From an uncultured Spirochaetaceae bacterium (GTDB taxonomy: Bacteria; Myxococcota_A; UBA9160; UBA4427), in NCBI GenBank assembly GCA_964565565.1, contig CAZMFM010000011.1, forward strand, positions 1,152 to 65,151: a stretch of DNA of 64,000 nucleotides, in the 5' to 3' direction. The position numbers and the translations under genes were made by a program. The notes under the pieces were generated by a model. It was not told where the DNA came from, searched no databases, and saw nothing but the letters and a program-made list of their open reading frames with translations. Shown one piece after another: positions 63,558 through 64,000 of this stretch. Every line of letters begins with the position of its first letter. Position 1 is the stretch's first letter.

Positions 63558-63888
63558 CGTCGGGGTCTCCTGAAGCTGGGTTGGGGCTGGCCGGGGTGCA
63601 GGCGGGTCCGGCTGCGTCCGGTGTGAAAATGTCCATTTGTGTCACGAAAGCTTGTGGATTACGTCCGACAAGCGCTCGTTGAAATCGAGGCGGCGGGAAC
63701 ATAGCGCGAGGATTCGATGCCGGGGTCGATGGCCAGAGGAATCCGGTCGCGTTCGAGGAATTTCCAGCGGAGCGCGCGCGATCTGAAGAACGCCTCGCGG
63801 GGACCCCTGCGTGGGGCAACGCTTGGTCCGTGCCGACTTTTGGGACTCGGCGCCCCAGTTGGTCACTCGCCGAGTCGTCTGTTGCGCC

Positions 63889-64000
63889 TCAACCCTTCGG
63901 TTTGACAGCGCCTAACGCGCCCATGGGTGCGCGCACCGTGTCGTATCCCGCGTCCTCGGGGAGTTCCATCATGATCGTTCCGTCCGGATCCTTCGAGATC
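63889..64000 (-). CDS. 3-prime end of an unidentified CDS running off the window
   Basis: Open frame from the window edge, ...ISKDPDGTIMMELPEDAGYDTVRAPMGALGAVKPKG, with stop TGA at 63889-91. Only 37 codons are visible. Confidence 0.3.
   Translation of the reverse strand, partial: ISKDPDGTIMMELPEDAGYDTVRAPMGALGAVKPKG

Overview
High-GC bacterial chromosomal segment, densely coding, with many ATGA-type stop/start overlaps. I call about 50 protein-coding genes. I saw no rRNA, tRNA, CRISPR array or autonomous mobile element. All family calls are motif recognition by eye, since no searches were run. The gene content (sigma54 promoters, PilZ, FG-GAP and PD40 secreted proteins, orphan sensor kinases, FHA-cyclase, PP2C) suggests a Myxococcota/deltaproteobacteria-like organism, but taxonomy cannot be settled from this window.

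Main blocks, left to right:
- An envelope/GMC-oxidoreductase region.
- A polyphosphate cluster: ppk2, a lysine-rich histone-H1-like gene, and ppx.
- A PAS sensor kinase.
- A DEAD-box helicase preceded by an AT-rich leader carrying 9-bp-phased GATC motifs.
- A PilZ gene and an FG-GAP repeat protein.
- A large PD40-PA-M28-PDZ peptidase.
- A fully contiguous menaquinone operon (merR-like, ubiE, menF, D, H, B, A, C, E).
- Housekeeping metabolism: fadH-like, aroG, crotonase, argD.
- An FHA-GAF-adenylate cyclase.
- amt-glnK behind a perfect sigma54 promoter.
- Two tandem paralogous sensor kinases.
- A PP2C gene coupled to a DUF3516-type helicase.
- nth, a COG0523 metallochaperone, gor, an Omp85-like OMP, NUDIX, an M18 aminopeptidase, bfr and an acyl-CoA dehydrogenase.

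Most interesting observations:
1. The tandem kinase pair has reciprocal motif loss. One keeps the phospho-acceptor His but has lost every ATP-binding box. The other has an intact ATPase domain but Arg in place of the His.
2. A Lys-rich H1-like protein is embedded between ppk2 and ppx.
3. A 9-bp-phased GATC array lies upstream of the helicase.
4. A 158-bp MITE-like element has 18-bp perfect terminal inverted repeats flanked by CTAG.
5. A double-HTH MerR gene with an apparently leaderless promoter heads the men operon.

Many long antisense ORFs in the track are high-GC artefacts and were rejected.
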